Source of the DNA: Candidatus Woesebacteria bacterium
Lineage (GTDB): Bacteria; Patescibacteriota; Microgenomatia; UBA1400; MFAQ01
Assembly: GCA_035389185.1 (NCBI GenBank)
Contig: DAOORK010000001.1
Span: forward strand, 257,006 to 321,005
Length of the DNA: 64,000 nucleotides
Reading direction: 5' to 3'
Below the pieces are notes generated by a model. The model worked only from the letters and a program-made list of their open reading frames with translations, was not told the origin of the DNA and made no database searches. Numbering within the stretch: the stretch's first letter is position 1; the number at the start of each line of letters is the position of its first letter. The position numbers and the translations under genes are program-made. Positions 38,295 through 48,544 of this stretch are shown in pieces.

Positions 38295-39701
38295 TTATTG
38301 TACTTGGAAAAATTGTTTTGTACTTATCTCAATATTTTCTTTATCGTTGGGTCTTTCTCCTAAGTAGTCTTGGAAATAGACATTAAGGTTATTGTCTTTG
38401 TATAAAACCCTAAATAATTCAGAACCTGAGGTGATGTTGGAAATTTGTTTACTCGATCCCCATTCTTTTCCATAATCATCAGTGTCGTTTATAAATTCAA
38501 AATAACTTCCTTGTGGATATTGGGGATAATAGGAAGAAAAATAATTCACTATTTGCCGTGCCGTTTTTGAACGATTTACAGAATAATGCCTAGTATAAGT
38601 AAGATAGTTCATGGAGAGATTGAGAGCTATATAAAAGAGAACAAAGAGGGCTGAGAACAAAGATGTCTTCTTTGGAAAAACGCTGGCTATCCCAAGCGAA
38701 AAACCGACCAAGGGTAAGCCTAGCTCCAAAGCAAACTTGTGCTGGGGTAGAAAAATGACAGGTAAAAGAGGAATAACAAATAATAAGATTGAAACAACTT
38801 GGAGACGGTTTATATGTTTTATCTTTTTTACCAGAAGACCAATAAACGAAAAAACTGTGCCTCCAAGGAGAATAAAGATCGTTTGCCACCAATATGGGTA
38901 ATCCGTGAATAATCTGGGAATTGGCCTAAAACCACTACCAATGTAATCAACCAATAGTTCTGGTGCACCAAAGCTCCATAACACATACCAGGATAGGGTG
39001 TTTAAGGTTTTGGATGGAGAAAAATTCCAAACGTAACTATCCCCTTCGACGATTCCAAATACACTAAAGCGAAGATACAAATAGATGAGAGATATCATTA
39101 CAAAAGGTAAAAACTGCTTGATTTTTTTGAGTATTCCTTGATAGTTGAGGATAAGTATTAATACCGGCAAAACAATGGCTGTTTCTTTTGAAAGTAAAGC
39201 CAAAATAAAAAATATCAAGGACTTAACTTTTGACTTTTCAAAATTAAGTAAACAAAGGATAGAAAATATTACTAGAGAAATCTCTTGAAAAGCTGAGAGA
39301 AAATATAGTCTGGTAAAGTTTGAGACTGAGATTCCATAGATGAACGTAGCAATAATTGATTTTTTATCTTCTTTGAGAACAGATTTGGCAAAACGATAAA
39401 CAAGATAGAGAGAGAATCCAAAACAGAGTAAGACAAAGAGATAATATGGCCAGGCAGTTAGTCCGAAAAGCTTTTGAAAAGAAAAAAAGAATACTTGAGT
39501 GGGAAGAGGCCGATAAAAAGCGGCAGATTGGGCAGTGTGACTGAAAGAAAAGAAATTGAGAAATTGAGATAGAGAATCCACGTTTGAAATACGCAAGTGA
39601 AACCAGTCATCGCCCGAGAAATAATTTCCTAGTTGGAAAATATAAATAAATATCGGGAATAATATAAGAGAGATCGATTTAATAAGGTTAATTTTCATCA
39701 A
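38295..39701 (-). CDS. GT-C membrane glycosyltransferase (DD...YRPL type)
   Basis: FSGDDW...FYRPL, ALLSKETA; TACAAT 7 nt upstream of the TTG start. Confidence 0.78.
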   Translation of the reverse strand: MMKINLIKSISLILFPIFIYIFQLGNYFSGDDWFHLRISNVDSLSQFLNFFSFSHTAQSAAFYRPLPTQVFFFSFQKLFGLTAWPYYLFVLLCFGFSLYLVYRFAKSVLKEDKKSIIATFIYGISVSNFTRLYFLSAFQEISLVIFSILCLLNFEKSKVKSLIFFILALLSKETAIVLPVLILILNYQGILKKIKQFLPFVMISLIYLYLRFSVFGIVEGDSYVWNFSPSKTLNTLSWYVLWSFGAPELLVDYIGSGFRPIPRLFTDYPYWWQTIFILLGGTVFSFIGLLVKKIKHINRLQVVSILLFVIPLLPVIFLPQHKFALELGLPLVGFSLGIASVFPKKTSLFSALFVLFYIALNLSMNYLTYTRHYSVNRSKTARQIVNYFSSYYPQYPQGSYFEFINDTDDYGKEWGSSKQISNITSGSELFRVLYKDNNLNVYFQDYLGERPNDKENIEISTKQFFQVQ

Positions 39702-39717
39702 CAGTTAAATTGTATAC

Positions 39718-41550
39718 TCAAATGGATATTTTTCTATTTGGTAATAACTTTTCTGGATGATAGATTGAGGAACACACTATACCGGCGACAATAAGGAAAT
39801 AAAAGACATACAGTTCAATAAACGATAATGTCGAAACAACTGTACCCTGTTGAGCAGGATTAGTATACGGATCACCAATAATTTGGATTATTGTTGACAT
39901 CCATAAAAAATATCCACAAACGGCAGACAGAAGGAGTAACTTTGGTTTGATTATTTCAACGACATAGATAAGTAAAATCGGAATTGAAAAATGATAAAGA
40001 AGGAAATAGGCCCCTCCATAATCAAAAAGTTGATTATATCGATTGAGGTAAAGTAACCAAAAAATTATTAGCGGGGAAATACCAAGTATGAGCCATTTTG
40101 TGTGTCGTTTGTTTGTTTTTTTTATCAAAAAGACAATACTGAGAAAAATAATTGGGGATAAATTCGATATCAGTGAAAATCTTATGAATTGATATTTTAA
40201 TTCATATGGTGTCAAGGTATTTTGGGGATCCACGCTTTTCTTCAATGGGTTTGGATATACCAGCTGTAATAGGTTTATAGATTTTGCTGAAAAAAACGAC
40301 TGGGTTTCTTTTGGATATTCTTGAAAATATACACTTTCTCGCTGATTTTGATTTGATGTAGGAGGTGCGGCTGTTGAAAACAATAGCCACACGATAAACG
40401 AAACCAATAACGGTGTAAACCATAGGAGAGACCTAAAAAATGACCCGAATGAAGACCATTTTCTTAATGAATACACTATCAACAGAGAGGCAGACAGGAT
40501 AACAGTATAAGGATGAATTAGAAATGACACAACCATCAAAAAAGATGCCAATATCGAGTTATTTCTTTTGACTTTATCGAACAATAGTGGAATGGCAATA
40601 ATTATTGGGTAAGCTGCAAAATATTTATAAAAAATTTCAGTGTTAAAAGATAGTTGTGACAATTGGACATTACCAAGTATCATGACAATTAAAAGGCACG
40701 CTTTTACTCTAGAAGATACCTGTGTAGTGACTAAATAAAAGAGACCCAAATAATAAAGTAAGGCAAGAACTTCAAGAAAACGCGCATAAACAAAATGTGA
40801 TTCGCCAAATATACTAATTATTGAGGAAGTAATAATCGGTAGTAGTGGGGTTCTTTCTCCAATTAACAAGTCATCTAAACGATCAAAATAATTCGTCTGA
40901 TCTCCATATTTTTGATTGTAGTAATAACGAGCAATTCTCCAGGGGTTAATACTGTCGGCAAAATACCCTGTATAGCCCGTCACCGGCACCGGAGTTGATG
41001 AATCAAGAAGATATCCTGTCGATGGCACACCGTAGTACTGGTCTCTTCTGTAAATCGAAATATTAATTATTGAAAGTGTTAGCAAACCGATAACAAAATA
41101 TTTTAAGAATAGTTTTGAATCTAAAAATAGACGGCGATATATAAAATAAATTAGTCCCAGAAAAGAAGTGACAAGTGATAGCTGAAGGAACAGCTCGTTT
41201 TTTGACCATAAATACAAAAGACCTTGAGCAAACAATAGTGTTATCGATGCAATCGGAGCCAAAATTATCTTACTCTCCTTAGAAATGTCGATTTTATTAA
41301 TTTTTATTAAATAATCTACAAGGGAATATCCTGGAAAAAATAGAAGGAAAAGATAGAAAAAATAATATAACCAGTACATCAGAAAGGAGTGTCCACGAAA
41401 ATGTACTATCTCCAGTTGAACAAGAAACGTATTAAAGAGAGTGGATCCGGAAAACAAACTTAAAACAAGAAATGAGAAAGTGATTAATAGGACGACAACA
41501 CCGATCGTTATCAGAATCTTTTTAAACGCTGGGTGCCCTTTCTTTTTCAT
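39718..41550 (-). CDS. Polytopic membrane protein, probable GT-C
   Basis: About 14 TMs; loop ADS..P...ERTPLLP; IHP motif. Confidence 0.55.
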   Translation of the reverse strand: MKKKGHPAFKKILITIGVVVLLITFSFLVLSLFSGSTLFNTFLVQLEIVHFRGHSFLMYWLYYFFYLFLLFFPGYSLVDYLIKINKIDISKESKIILAPIASITLLFAQGLLYLWSKNELFLQLSLVTSFLGLIYFIYRRLFLDSKLFLKYFVIGLLTLSIINISIYRRDQYYGVPSTGYLLDSSTPVPVTGYTGYFADSINPWRIARYYYNQKYGDQTNYFDRLDDLLIGERTPLLPIITSSIISIFGESHFVYARFLEVLALLYYLGLFYLVTTQVSSRVKACLLIVMILGNVQLSQLSFNTEIFYKYFAAYPIIIAIPLLFDKVKRNNSILASFLMVVSFLIHPYTVILSASLLIVYSLRKWSSFGSFFRSLLWFTPLLVSFIVWLLFSTAAPPTSNQNQRESVYFQEYPKETQSFFSAKSINLLQLVYPNPLKKSVDPQNTLTPYELKYQFIRFSLISNLSPIIFLSIVFLIKKTNKRHTKWLILGISPLIIFWLLYLNRYNQLFDYGGAYFLLYHFSIPILLIYVVEIIKPKLLLLSAVCGYFLWMSTIIQIIGDPYTNPAQQGTVVSTLSFIELYVFYFLIVAGIVCSSIYHPEKLLPNRKISI

Positions 41551-41636
41551 ATCAATTTATGATGATTATTAAGTATAATGGAAAACTGTATGAATATACG
41601 CACTGAGGATGTTTTTATAATAAACAAATATCTAGC

Positions 41637-42368
41637 ATGCAAATAGTAGAGAAAAAATTAGGCATTTCACCAGATTACCAATATCGTGCCATGACTCAGT
41701 CATCGTGGATAAAGAGAAACTGGCACCAAAATAAGTTTGATATTGTAAGACAAATTCATAAATTCAATAAGAATGAAGAGATATTGGATCTAGGAACCGG
41801 TTCTGGAAATTTCGAACTGATATTTGCCCGTTCCGTAAAACACATATACGGAGTTGACTATAACGATGACGCCTTATCATTTTTAGATAAATTGCTAACA
41901 AAAAAGAGAATTAAAAATGTAACCTTAGAGTGTTCCGACATGAGGAAATTATCATCAAAACTAAATCGGAAAAAGTACAATTTGATTGTTTCTATCGACA
42001 CAATTGAACATGTTTCAAAAAAAGATGGAGCCAAAATTGTTGAATGGTCAAAAAATCGATTAAAAAAGAATGGACGATTAATTATTATCACTCCAAATTA
42101 TGAAAGTGTGTGGGTATTTTTAGAGAAAATCCTCGATTTTCTATCATTCACACCCAAAATGGGACGCCACCAACACATGTCAAAATATTCAGTTAGTAGC
42201 ATGAGAAAAATGCTTTTGGAACATGGGTTTAGCGTTAACAAGGAAATAACTTTTAATTTGTTTTCGTTCATTCTTCCAAATAAAATTAACCAAAACCTGT
42301 TAAGAATTGAGGGGAAGTTGCACCATAATCGAGGGTGTTTAATGGCAGTTGAGGCTATAAACAAATAA
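41637..42368 (+). CDS. Class I SAM-dependent methyltransferase
   Basis: LDLGTGSG, DTIEH, LKKNGRLIIITPN. Confidence 0.88.
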   Translation: MQIVEKKLGISPDYQYRAMTQSSWIKRNWHQNKFDIVRQIHKFNKNEEILDLGTGSGNFELIFARSVKHIYGVDYNDDALSFLDKLLTKKRIKNVTLECSDMRKLSSKLNRKKYNLIVSIDTIEHVSKKDGAKIVEWSKNRLKKNGRLIIITPNYESVWVFLEKILDFLSFTPKMGRHQHMSKYSVSSMRKMLLEHGFSVNKEITFNLFSFILPNKINQNLLRIEGKLHHNRGCLMAVEAINK

Positions 42369-42407
42369 CAATATTTTCTTGAACTTGGATGTAGACGGCT
42401 GTAATGT

Positions 42408-43421
42408 TTATTTACGTCTGCTACTTAAGTCCGAAATCAGCATTTCGACTGTCACTTTTTTATTTTTCCGGGAATTACTACTTAAAAAGTGTACTATCGT
42501 GGAAATAACAAATAATACGAATGACCAAATGGCGGCCTTTTCAGCATAGTTTTGCAGATTTAGCAGACTTAATAGTGATGTGATTGTCAATAACATAATT
42601 GAAAAAACTAATACTACCTTTCCATCAATCTTAAATTTCAATATTGTAAGAAACCACAAAAGAATAACCGGTAACGAATCTTTCATTAGGTAGTCTTTAA
42701 AGACAATTATTTCAAGAATACTTGTAAAAAAACATATACCCAGGAAAATAAGATAATTATTTCGTCCAAAATATACAAATATCGAATATAGCAAAAATGG
42801 TAAGAACGAGCTTAGAAATAGGGCAACTAAATAAGTGTCAGCAACAATATTCCATACTTTATGTATTAAAAACCAGGTAAGGTTATTGATGTTTTTATAG
42901 ATATATTCTTTTGTGAAAACATATTTAGTGGAGATTACCGGCTTTTCGCTATCAATTACAATTCCAGTTATTTCTTCTCCGTTTTGAGACTCAATTTCAA
43001 ATTGGTATGTTTTCCCTTGAGAGTCATTGATTACCGGAAACCCGAAAGGAAATAATTCGTGAGGCTGAAATTGATCAGTATTATATTTTGCACTGTAAAT
43101 CCAATTTTCTGCCCCTGATTCTCTTATTCTAAAAATAACAACGTCGATACTGTCTCTTCCCTTATTGTCGAATCTAACAAAAACTGTTCCGAGATTATTA
43201 TATTGAGAAACAAACTCTCCTTTAGCAATATTCCCTCTCAGCATCATCTTCCCCACTCTATCTATTTTTGACTGATTATTGTTTGTACTCAATAAATAAA
43301 AAATACCTCGGCCCCCTGTTTGGATAGAGTTTGTGAAACTGAAGACCCCATAAAGCACCAAAATGACAGGAAAAATAAAATACAAAACTAAATTACTCAT
43401 TTGGATTAGAATCTTATTCAT
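42408..43421 (-). CDS. Hypothetical membrane protein with an extracellular beta-rich domain
   Basis: N-terminal TM, domain with NNLGTVFVRF and FPFGFPVINDSQGKTYQFEIES, then several TMs. Confidence 0.65.
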   Translation of the reverse strand: MNKILIQMSNLVLYFIFPVILVLYGVFSFTNSIQTGGRGIFYLLSTNNNQSKIDRVGKMMLRGNIAKGEFVSQYNNLGTVFVRFDNKGRDSIDVVIFRIRESGAENWIYSAKYNTDQFQPHELFPFGFPVINDSQGKTYQFEIESQNGEEITGIVIDSEKPVISTKYVFTKEYIYKNINNLTWFLIHKVWNIVADTYLVALFLSSFLPFLLYSIFVYFGRNNYLIFLGICFFTSILEIIVFKDYLMKDSLPVILLWFLTILKFKIDGKVVLVFSIMLLTITSLLSLLNLQNYAEKAAIWSFVLFVISTIVHFLSSNSRKNKKVTVEMLISDLSSRRK

Positions 43422-45684
43422 TTTTCCTTTTTAAATAATCAACAAATAAATATATCAAACTCCCAGTCATTACTAGGACGCTTATTATTAACCCAACAAA
43501 ATAATAACTTTGAGGTTGAAACTCAATTTCTATGTATAAGTTTTCCGACAAATAATCTGGATTATTCTCTTTTAATTGACGTAACAAATCGTCGGAATTA
43601 ATTATCCAGCCGTTTGCATATCCGTTAACGAGTATGTGTTCATTTTCGGGTAAATAATCTTTTCTAAACCAATTGCTTGGTTGAACCTGAGAAGAACGGG
43701 AATCGGACTTTGAATGAATATATAGTTTCCACCCTTTATCGTAATTTTCTGAGTTAATTAGTAAATACTTTCCACTGGCTTTATTTATATTGACTCTATA
43801 TAAAGTTGGATTGACTTTAACAAAACTGATATTATCTTCCTTTATCAAATCACTTAATAATGAATTGTCAAAAACATTATCTCGAAGCTGAATAAAGCTA
43901 TCGTAGTTATTTTTTTTCGATAAATCTTTTACAATAATATCCAAGCTATCTTCAGACAAATATGGGTTACTGGAAAGATATATTATTGGTTTTGCAGTTT
44001 TATTTTGATAGAGTGAAAGTTCGTTTGAATATCTCTTTTCCAATGTAAGAGTCGCTGACATAGAGGCAAGGCTGGCGTGAATCAACTCGTTTGTCCACTT
44101 ATCCATTGATTTTCCAATAAACATAGGAAGTCTCGATTTGAAATCATCTCTCATGACGATATTTTCTATCCCAAGAAAATTCATTAGGACCCTACTTTCT
44201 TCATAATTATCCGGTTCATATATTTTTTCAAAGAGAGCTTTTTCTACCTGATTTGACGGATTGTTGCCAATGTAGTATTTGGGGTTGCCGAACATTAAGG
44301 GATCATTCCCAGCAAATTTACTGTCTTGATAGGACATGGGTTGGCTTGCAGGAAGCCAAAAGATTTTCCCTGTTGATTCGTTATTAGTTAAATCGTTAAG
44401 TAAATATTGGTAACCGGTGTTTAGCACGTATGTTTGCACTCCATAGTTGTAATTTCCTGAGATAAAGGGGTACATGCCATACAAAACCAAAACGGTCGTT
44501 CCAATATAGATGATCTTGCTTTTAAACGATTGTAAAAACGAAGATAACAAAATCGAAAAAGAAAGACTTGTTAAAACAGTTATGTACTGAATATTTCTAA
44601 AGGCAGCGATATAAAACGTAAACTTTTGATAAATAAACTCATTCAAAAAACCAAATGGAGGATTAACACCCTTGAACAATAATAGAGAGATAACAATTGT
44701 TAGACATAAAGTCTTGATTATTATTGGATTTTTTTTACCAAAAATTCCCATGCCGATTAAGGCGATAAGGGCGTATTTCGCAGAGATAAAAACCGATACA
44801 AACGGTAAGGGAATTGAGGCTAGATAATATTTGTATCCAGCGCCATCAAGCAAATAGGCAAGATACATCTTTGGACTAATGTAAGTATTCCAATTGATGG
44901 CATTTTCGGTAATTGTCTTTGCAGTTTGACCAATCTGACTTAATAGGAGCAAAACAAACTGAGCAGACAAAAGCAAGGTAATAATATAAACAAAAAATAT
45001 TTTGGCTATTCGCCGAAATGATTGACTGATATTTCTTGATGAGACAAGGTCTACAAAAAGAAAAATAAACACAAAGGTGGAGACAATGTGTAAATAATTA
45101 TCTTGACTTAGGATCAATCGAAACAAGAACGAACATATTATGGTGTTTCTAACTATTCGATTGTCTGAATTGCACAATTCAAATAGCTGTCTAATCAATA
45201 AGGGAAGTAAGGCGAAACTTAACAAAAATACCAGGTATCCAGACACGACAGCGTTGAAAACGATTGGTACCGACATATAAAATAATCCGGACATTAATGA
45301 GGGAAAGAGGTCGTATTTTAGGTATTTGCTCAATAGATACATCGAATAACCGGCGAGTGAAATCGTCGATATAATCATTAATTTTGAGAGATCACCGCCA
45401 TCAAAACCAAATGATTTTGAAAAAAAGCCAAATATTATCCCCGGTATTTCTCCTAAGTTGCGATATAGAACGACTCCATTTAACCAAGAGGTGAGAAATC
45501 GTGTACCAATTATTTGATTTTGAACTGGATAGTATGAAATTGACCAGTCATCACGCAAGCCAAGGGCTCCAGGCGTATTTAACATGCTCCTGTTCGCAAA
45601 TATACTTATTAATAAGAAAATAACAGGAGGAAGAATAATTTTTATCACTTTTCTTAGAGATTTTGAGGAGTGATAGTTTTTCAT
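43414..45684 (-). CDS. Large GT-C glycosyltransferase, AftD-N (DUF3367)/YfhO-like
   Basis: First loop RDD; KGVNPPFG...AAFRN; C-terminal NPTLYRV, ENYDKGW, VNGYANGW and a final TM. Confidence 0.6.
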   Translation of the reverse strand: MKNYHSSKSLRKVIKIILPPVIFLLISIFANRSMLNTPGALGLRDDWSISYYPVQNQIIGTRFLTSWLNGVVLYRNLGEIPGIIFGFFSKSFGFDGGDLSKLMIISTISLAGYSMYLLSKYLKYDLFPSLMSGLFYMSVPIVFNAVVSGYLVFLLSFALLPLLIRQLFELCNSDNRIVRNTIICSFLFRLILSQDNYLHIVSTFVFIFLFVDLVSSRNISQSFRRIAKIFFVYIITLLLSAQFVLLLLSQIGQTAKTITENAINWNTYISPKMYLAYLLDGAGYKYYLASIPLPFVSVFISAKYALIALIGMGIFGKKNPIIIKTLCLTIVISLLLFKGVNPPFGFLNEFIYQKFTFYIAAFRNIQYITVLTSLSFSILLSSFLQSFKSKIIYIGTTVLVLYGMYPFISGNYNYGVQTYVLNTGYQYLLNDLTNNESTGKIFWLPASQPMSYQDSKFAGNDPLMFGNPKYYIGNNPSNQVEKALFEKIYEPDNYEESRVLMNFLGIENIVMRDDFKSRLPMFIGKSMDKWTNELIHASLASMSATLTLEKRYSNELSLYQNKTAKPIIYLSSNPYLSEDSLDIIVKDLSKKNNYDSFIQLRDNVFDNSLLSDLIKEDNISFVKVNPTLYRVNINKASGKYLLINSENYDKGWKLYIHSKSDSRSSQVQPSNWFRKDYLPENEHILVNGYANGWIINSDDLLRQLKENNPDYLSENLYIEIEFQPQSYYFVGLIISVLVMTGSLIYLFVDYLKRKNE

Positions 45685-45701
45685 GAATGGCCTTCGGTTA
45701 A

Positions 45702-46649
45702 TCAGTTAACGATACAGGAAATGATATTTTTGATAATTTTTGTGTAGGACATAGAATCCTTTACTATTAATTCATTTAATTTATTATTCGGATTGATACA
45801 TTTTAATGTATAGCAGGATAGTAGCGTCCCTGATGAACTAGAGTCGTCAGGATATAAAACAATCTTATTACATCTTGATGACGATATTAAATCGCACAAA
45901 CCACTTCTTATTGAAACAAAGTGACCAGCTAAGTCCAAAAATGGAACAGTGCTTGTTAGTGGGATGCTAAGGTTAATCGCTCCTTCATGTTTAAAATTGA
46001 TTCCGTTAATCACTACAGAGTAACCTAAGGAAATAAGGGCGTCAACAAGTTTATGCCATATTTTGTTGTTGATTATTTTGATTGAGTTCGCTTCTGGAGC
46101 AATCAAGACTGTCTTATGGTGTTTTAATTTGTGTTGATAAAATAGTTTTTCTGATGTTTTTATAGCGATATTTGGGATAAACGGCTCAATTATTGGCACG
46201 TCATTTGATAAAGACAGCATATTTTTATATACATCATAAATATTAGAATTTATACCCATACTTTGGAGATCATTATTGTTTATAAAATATGGGTGCGCGA
46301 TAGCAACCTTGTTAATTGCTAAGGTTGAATAGTTTTTTGAAAATTTTTTAAGCAAAAAAAGGAATGCGTTACCTGGCATGTCGGCAACAATAATTTTCTT
46401 TTTTATATTTGGAAATAATTTTGGGATCTCTTTATGAGTTGGCTTAACGACAATTACAACTGACTTAATATTATTTTCATCCAAAAAATACTTAAGATGC
46501 GCACATAGATTATAAGTATCTCCAATTCCATAAGCGCAGATAAGACCGATTTGATTATTTTTTAATTTAATTTTATTTAATATTTTTTTCCACCTGAAAT
46601 AGCCGAATAATAATGACCTCGTTTGATTAATTAGTTTAGGAATTGACAT
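45702..46649 (-). CDS. GT9-like (heptosyltransferase-fold, GT-B) glycosyltransferase
   Basis: YGIGD, VLIAPEANS.K...W..L, FVSIRSGLCDL resembling GT9 FIGNDSGPMH; start probably ATG 46649. Confidence 0.6.
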   Translation of the reverse strand: MSIPKLINQTRSLLFGYFRWKKILNKIKLKNNQIGLICAYGIGDTYNLCAHLKYFLDENNIKSVVIVVKPTHKEIPKLFPNIKKKIIVADMPGNAFLFLLKKFSKNYSTLAINKVAIAHPYFINNNDLQSMGINSNIYDVYKNMLSLSNDVPIIEPFIPNIAIKTSEKLFYQHKLKHHKTVLIAPEANSIKIINNKIWHKLVDALISLGYSVVINGINFKHEGAINLSIPLTSTVPFLDLAGHFVSIRSGLCDLISSSRCNKIVLYPDDSSSSGTLLSCYTLKCINPNNKLNELIVKDSMSYTKIIKNIISCIVN

Positions 46650-46668
46650 ATTTCTTGGCTTGTATGTT

Positions 46669-47400
46669 TTACTTTCGGATTTCAATTACCAAATCTCTAT
46701 AGAAAAAATTTCCAATTCTTGGAATACCACCAAGCCGTGAAAACAATATGACAAAAATATTACTACTAAGGTTTTTCAATATTACATTGTACTTCCTAAC
46801 TCCTACTCTTTTTAGTAAATTGCTCATATACTCTTTTGACCACTTATAGTAATGCTCGTCATGGAATATTCGACCAGATCCAATTAATCTAAAAATAATG
46901 TCTCCAAACCACTCAGAATTATCTGTAACTATTTCAATTTTCCCTTTGGAAATTTTCACAATATTCTGAATGAATTCTGCAGGGTTAATCATGTGTTCAA
47001 TACTGTAATTACTTAATACAATATCAATACTTTCTTTTCTAAATGGTAGGAATGCTGCGTTTGCAAGAATAAAATTTTCCGGTATTCTCTTGGGTATATA
47101 GCAGTCAAGATTGATATTCCCCCTTGGGTTTTCACCACATCCAACATCAAGAATCAATTTTCGTTTTTCTTTGTATCTTACAAACGGTTTCCCCGACATC
47201 TTTATTAAAATTTTGCCCTTTAGTCCACGAAATCCTCTTTTCCAATTTTCTTCAATCAAAAAATTTGGGACGTTATGACCTTTAATATTTATGATCGGGT
47301 ATTTACGCCCGCAAGTATTACACACAAAGATATCTGGCTTGTCGAATTTTAAACAATCATCTTGACATAAAGGACAGGCAAGCACTTTATAGTAATCCAT
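46669..47400 (-). CDS. Trm112-like zinc ribbon fused to a SAM methyltransferase
   Basis: LACPLC...CNTCGRKYPI N-terminus; LDVGCG, LPF, IEH. Confidence 0.78.
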   Translation of the reverse strand: MDYYKVLACPLCQDDCLKFDKPDIFVCNTCGRKYPIINIKGHNVPNFLIEENWKRGFRGLKGKILIKMSGKPFVRYKEKRKLILDVGCGENPRGNINLDCYIPKRIPENFILANAAFLPFRKESIDIVLSNYSIEHMINPAEFIQNIVKISKGKIEIVTDNSEWFGDIIFRLIGSGRIFHDEHYYKWSKEYMSNLLKRVGVRKYNVILKNLSSNIFVILFSRLGGIPRIGNFFYRDLVIEIRK

Positions 47401-48538
47401 ATTTTTCAATTAAATTTAATTCTGTTTTTGCAATATCTTCCCAGGAATATTTCTTTATAAAATTTGCTCCTTGTCTCCCGATTCTAACTCGATCCCTTTT
47501 CGAATTTAAATATTCAATTACTGTAGCGGAAAATTTCTTTGTATTACCTAAGGGTATCGAAATGTTTTTACCTTCAAATACTTCCTTGTATACCGGTAAA
47601 TCCCACGATATTACTGGTAGTCCACAAGCCATTGCTTCGGCAATAACAATCCCAAACCCTTCTTCGTGCGATGGAAATACAAATATTTTTGCTGATTTTA
47701 ATGTTGGATATATATCTTCATTACGTAAATATCCAAAAAACTTAATGTTCTTTTTAATGTTGTATTTTTCTATTGTATCTTTAAGTTTGTTGATATTATT
47801 GATGTCTCCTCCGCCGATAATTGCAAGTTTTGCATTGGGAATCGTATCAATAACAGTTTTCCAAATCTCCGGAAGGTCGAATACACCTTTTGAAGGATTA
47901 ATTCTTCCCAAATATATCGCGTCCCATACCTGATTTTTTATCTTCTTGACTTCTTGAATCCTTTCGTAATCAATGCCGACAGGATTAATAAATATTTTTT
48001 GTGAATCAATACCGGAATCACATAATGCGACTCCAGTTGCCTTATTAATATTTATTACGATGTTGGCCTTTCTAATTAGCATTAGACTTATTCTCTGCGA
48101 CAATTGTGCCATCAAATTTATGATTTTATTACCTGGCCTAACACGCCAATCTTGATAAATATGAAAAACGCACTGAACCCATTTTATCTTCGGGCGTAAT
48201 AGTTTTAGTACAAAGGCAGGAATAACGTCCGGAAAGAAATCTGAGTTTGAATAAACAACATCGATATTTTTATTTGGGAGATGAAACAAAACGTATGCTG
48301 TACGCAGTAAATAACTAATACCCGCACCAAATCTATCGAAAATTGTTGGGGTAATTATATATTTAAACTTAATTTTGTATGTTTCATCGAGGTTCCTTCC
48401 ATCTTTATTTGTGATAATTACTCCATCAAAATTATTTTGAATTCTGCTAAATATCTCGACGAATCTTGTTTCTCCACCACTGGTTTTTGTGTTTTTTCCC
48501 CAGAAACTATTTTGAAAGATTATTACACTTTTTTTCAT
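47387..48538 (-). CDS. GT4 glycosyltransferase
   Basis: SGGE, GRINPSKG, PSHEEGFGIVIAEAMACG. Confidence 0.9.
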   Translation of the reverse strand: MKKSVIIFQNSFWGKNTKTSGGETRFVEIFSRIQNNFDGVIITNKDGRNLDETYKIKFKYIITPTIFDRFGAGISYLLRTAYVLFHLPNKNIDVVYSNSDFFPDVIPAFVLKLLRPKIKWVQCVFHIYQDWRVRPGNKIINLMAQLSQRISLMLIRKANIVININKATGVALCDSGIDSQKIFINPVGIDYERIQEVKKIKNQVWDAIYLGRINPSKGVFDLPEIWKTVIDTIPNAKLAIIGGGDINNINKLKDTIEKYNIKKNIKFFGYLRNEDIYPTLKSAKIFVFPSHEEGFGIVIAEAMACGLPVISWDLPVYKEVFEGKNISIPLGNTKKFSATVIEYLNSKRDRVRIGRQGANFIKKYSWEDIAKTELNLIEKYGLL

Positions 48539-48544
48539 TTTTTC

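Noticed and set aside
41551-41636. 86-bp AT-rich divergent gap as a possible ncRNA or cassette attachment site
   Set aside because: Contains only TATAAT-like boxes (41574, 41616); no stable hairpin or repeat matching another boundary was seen
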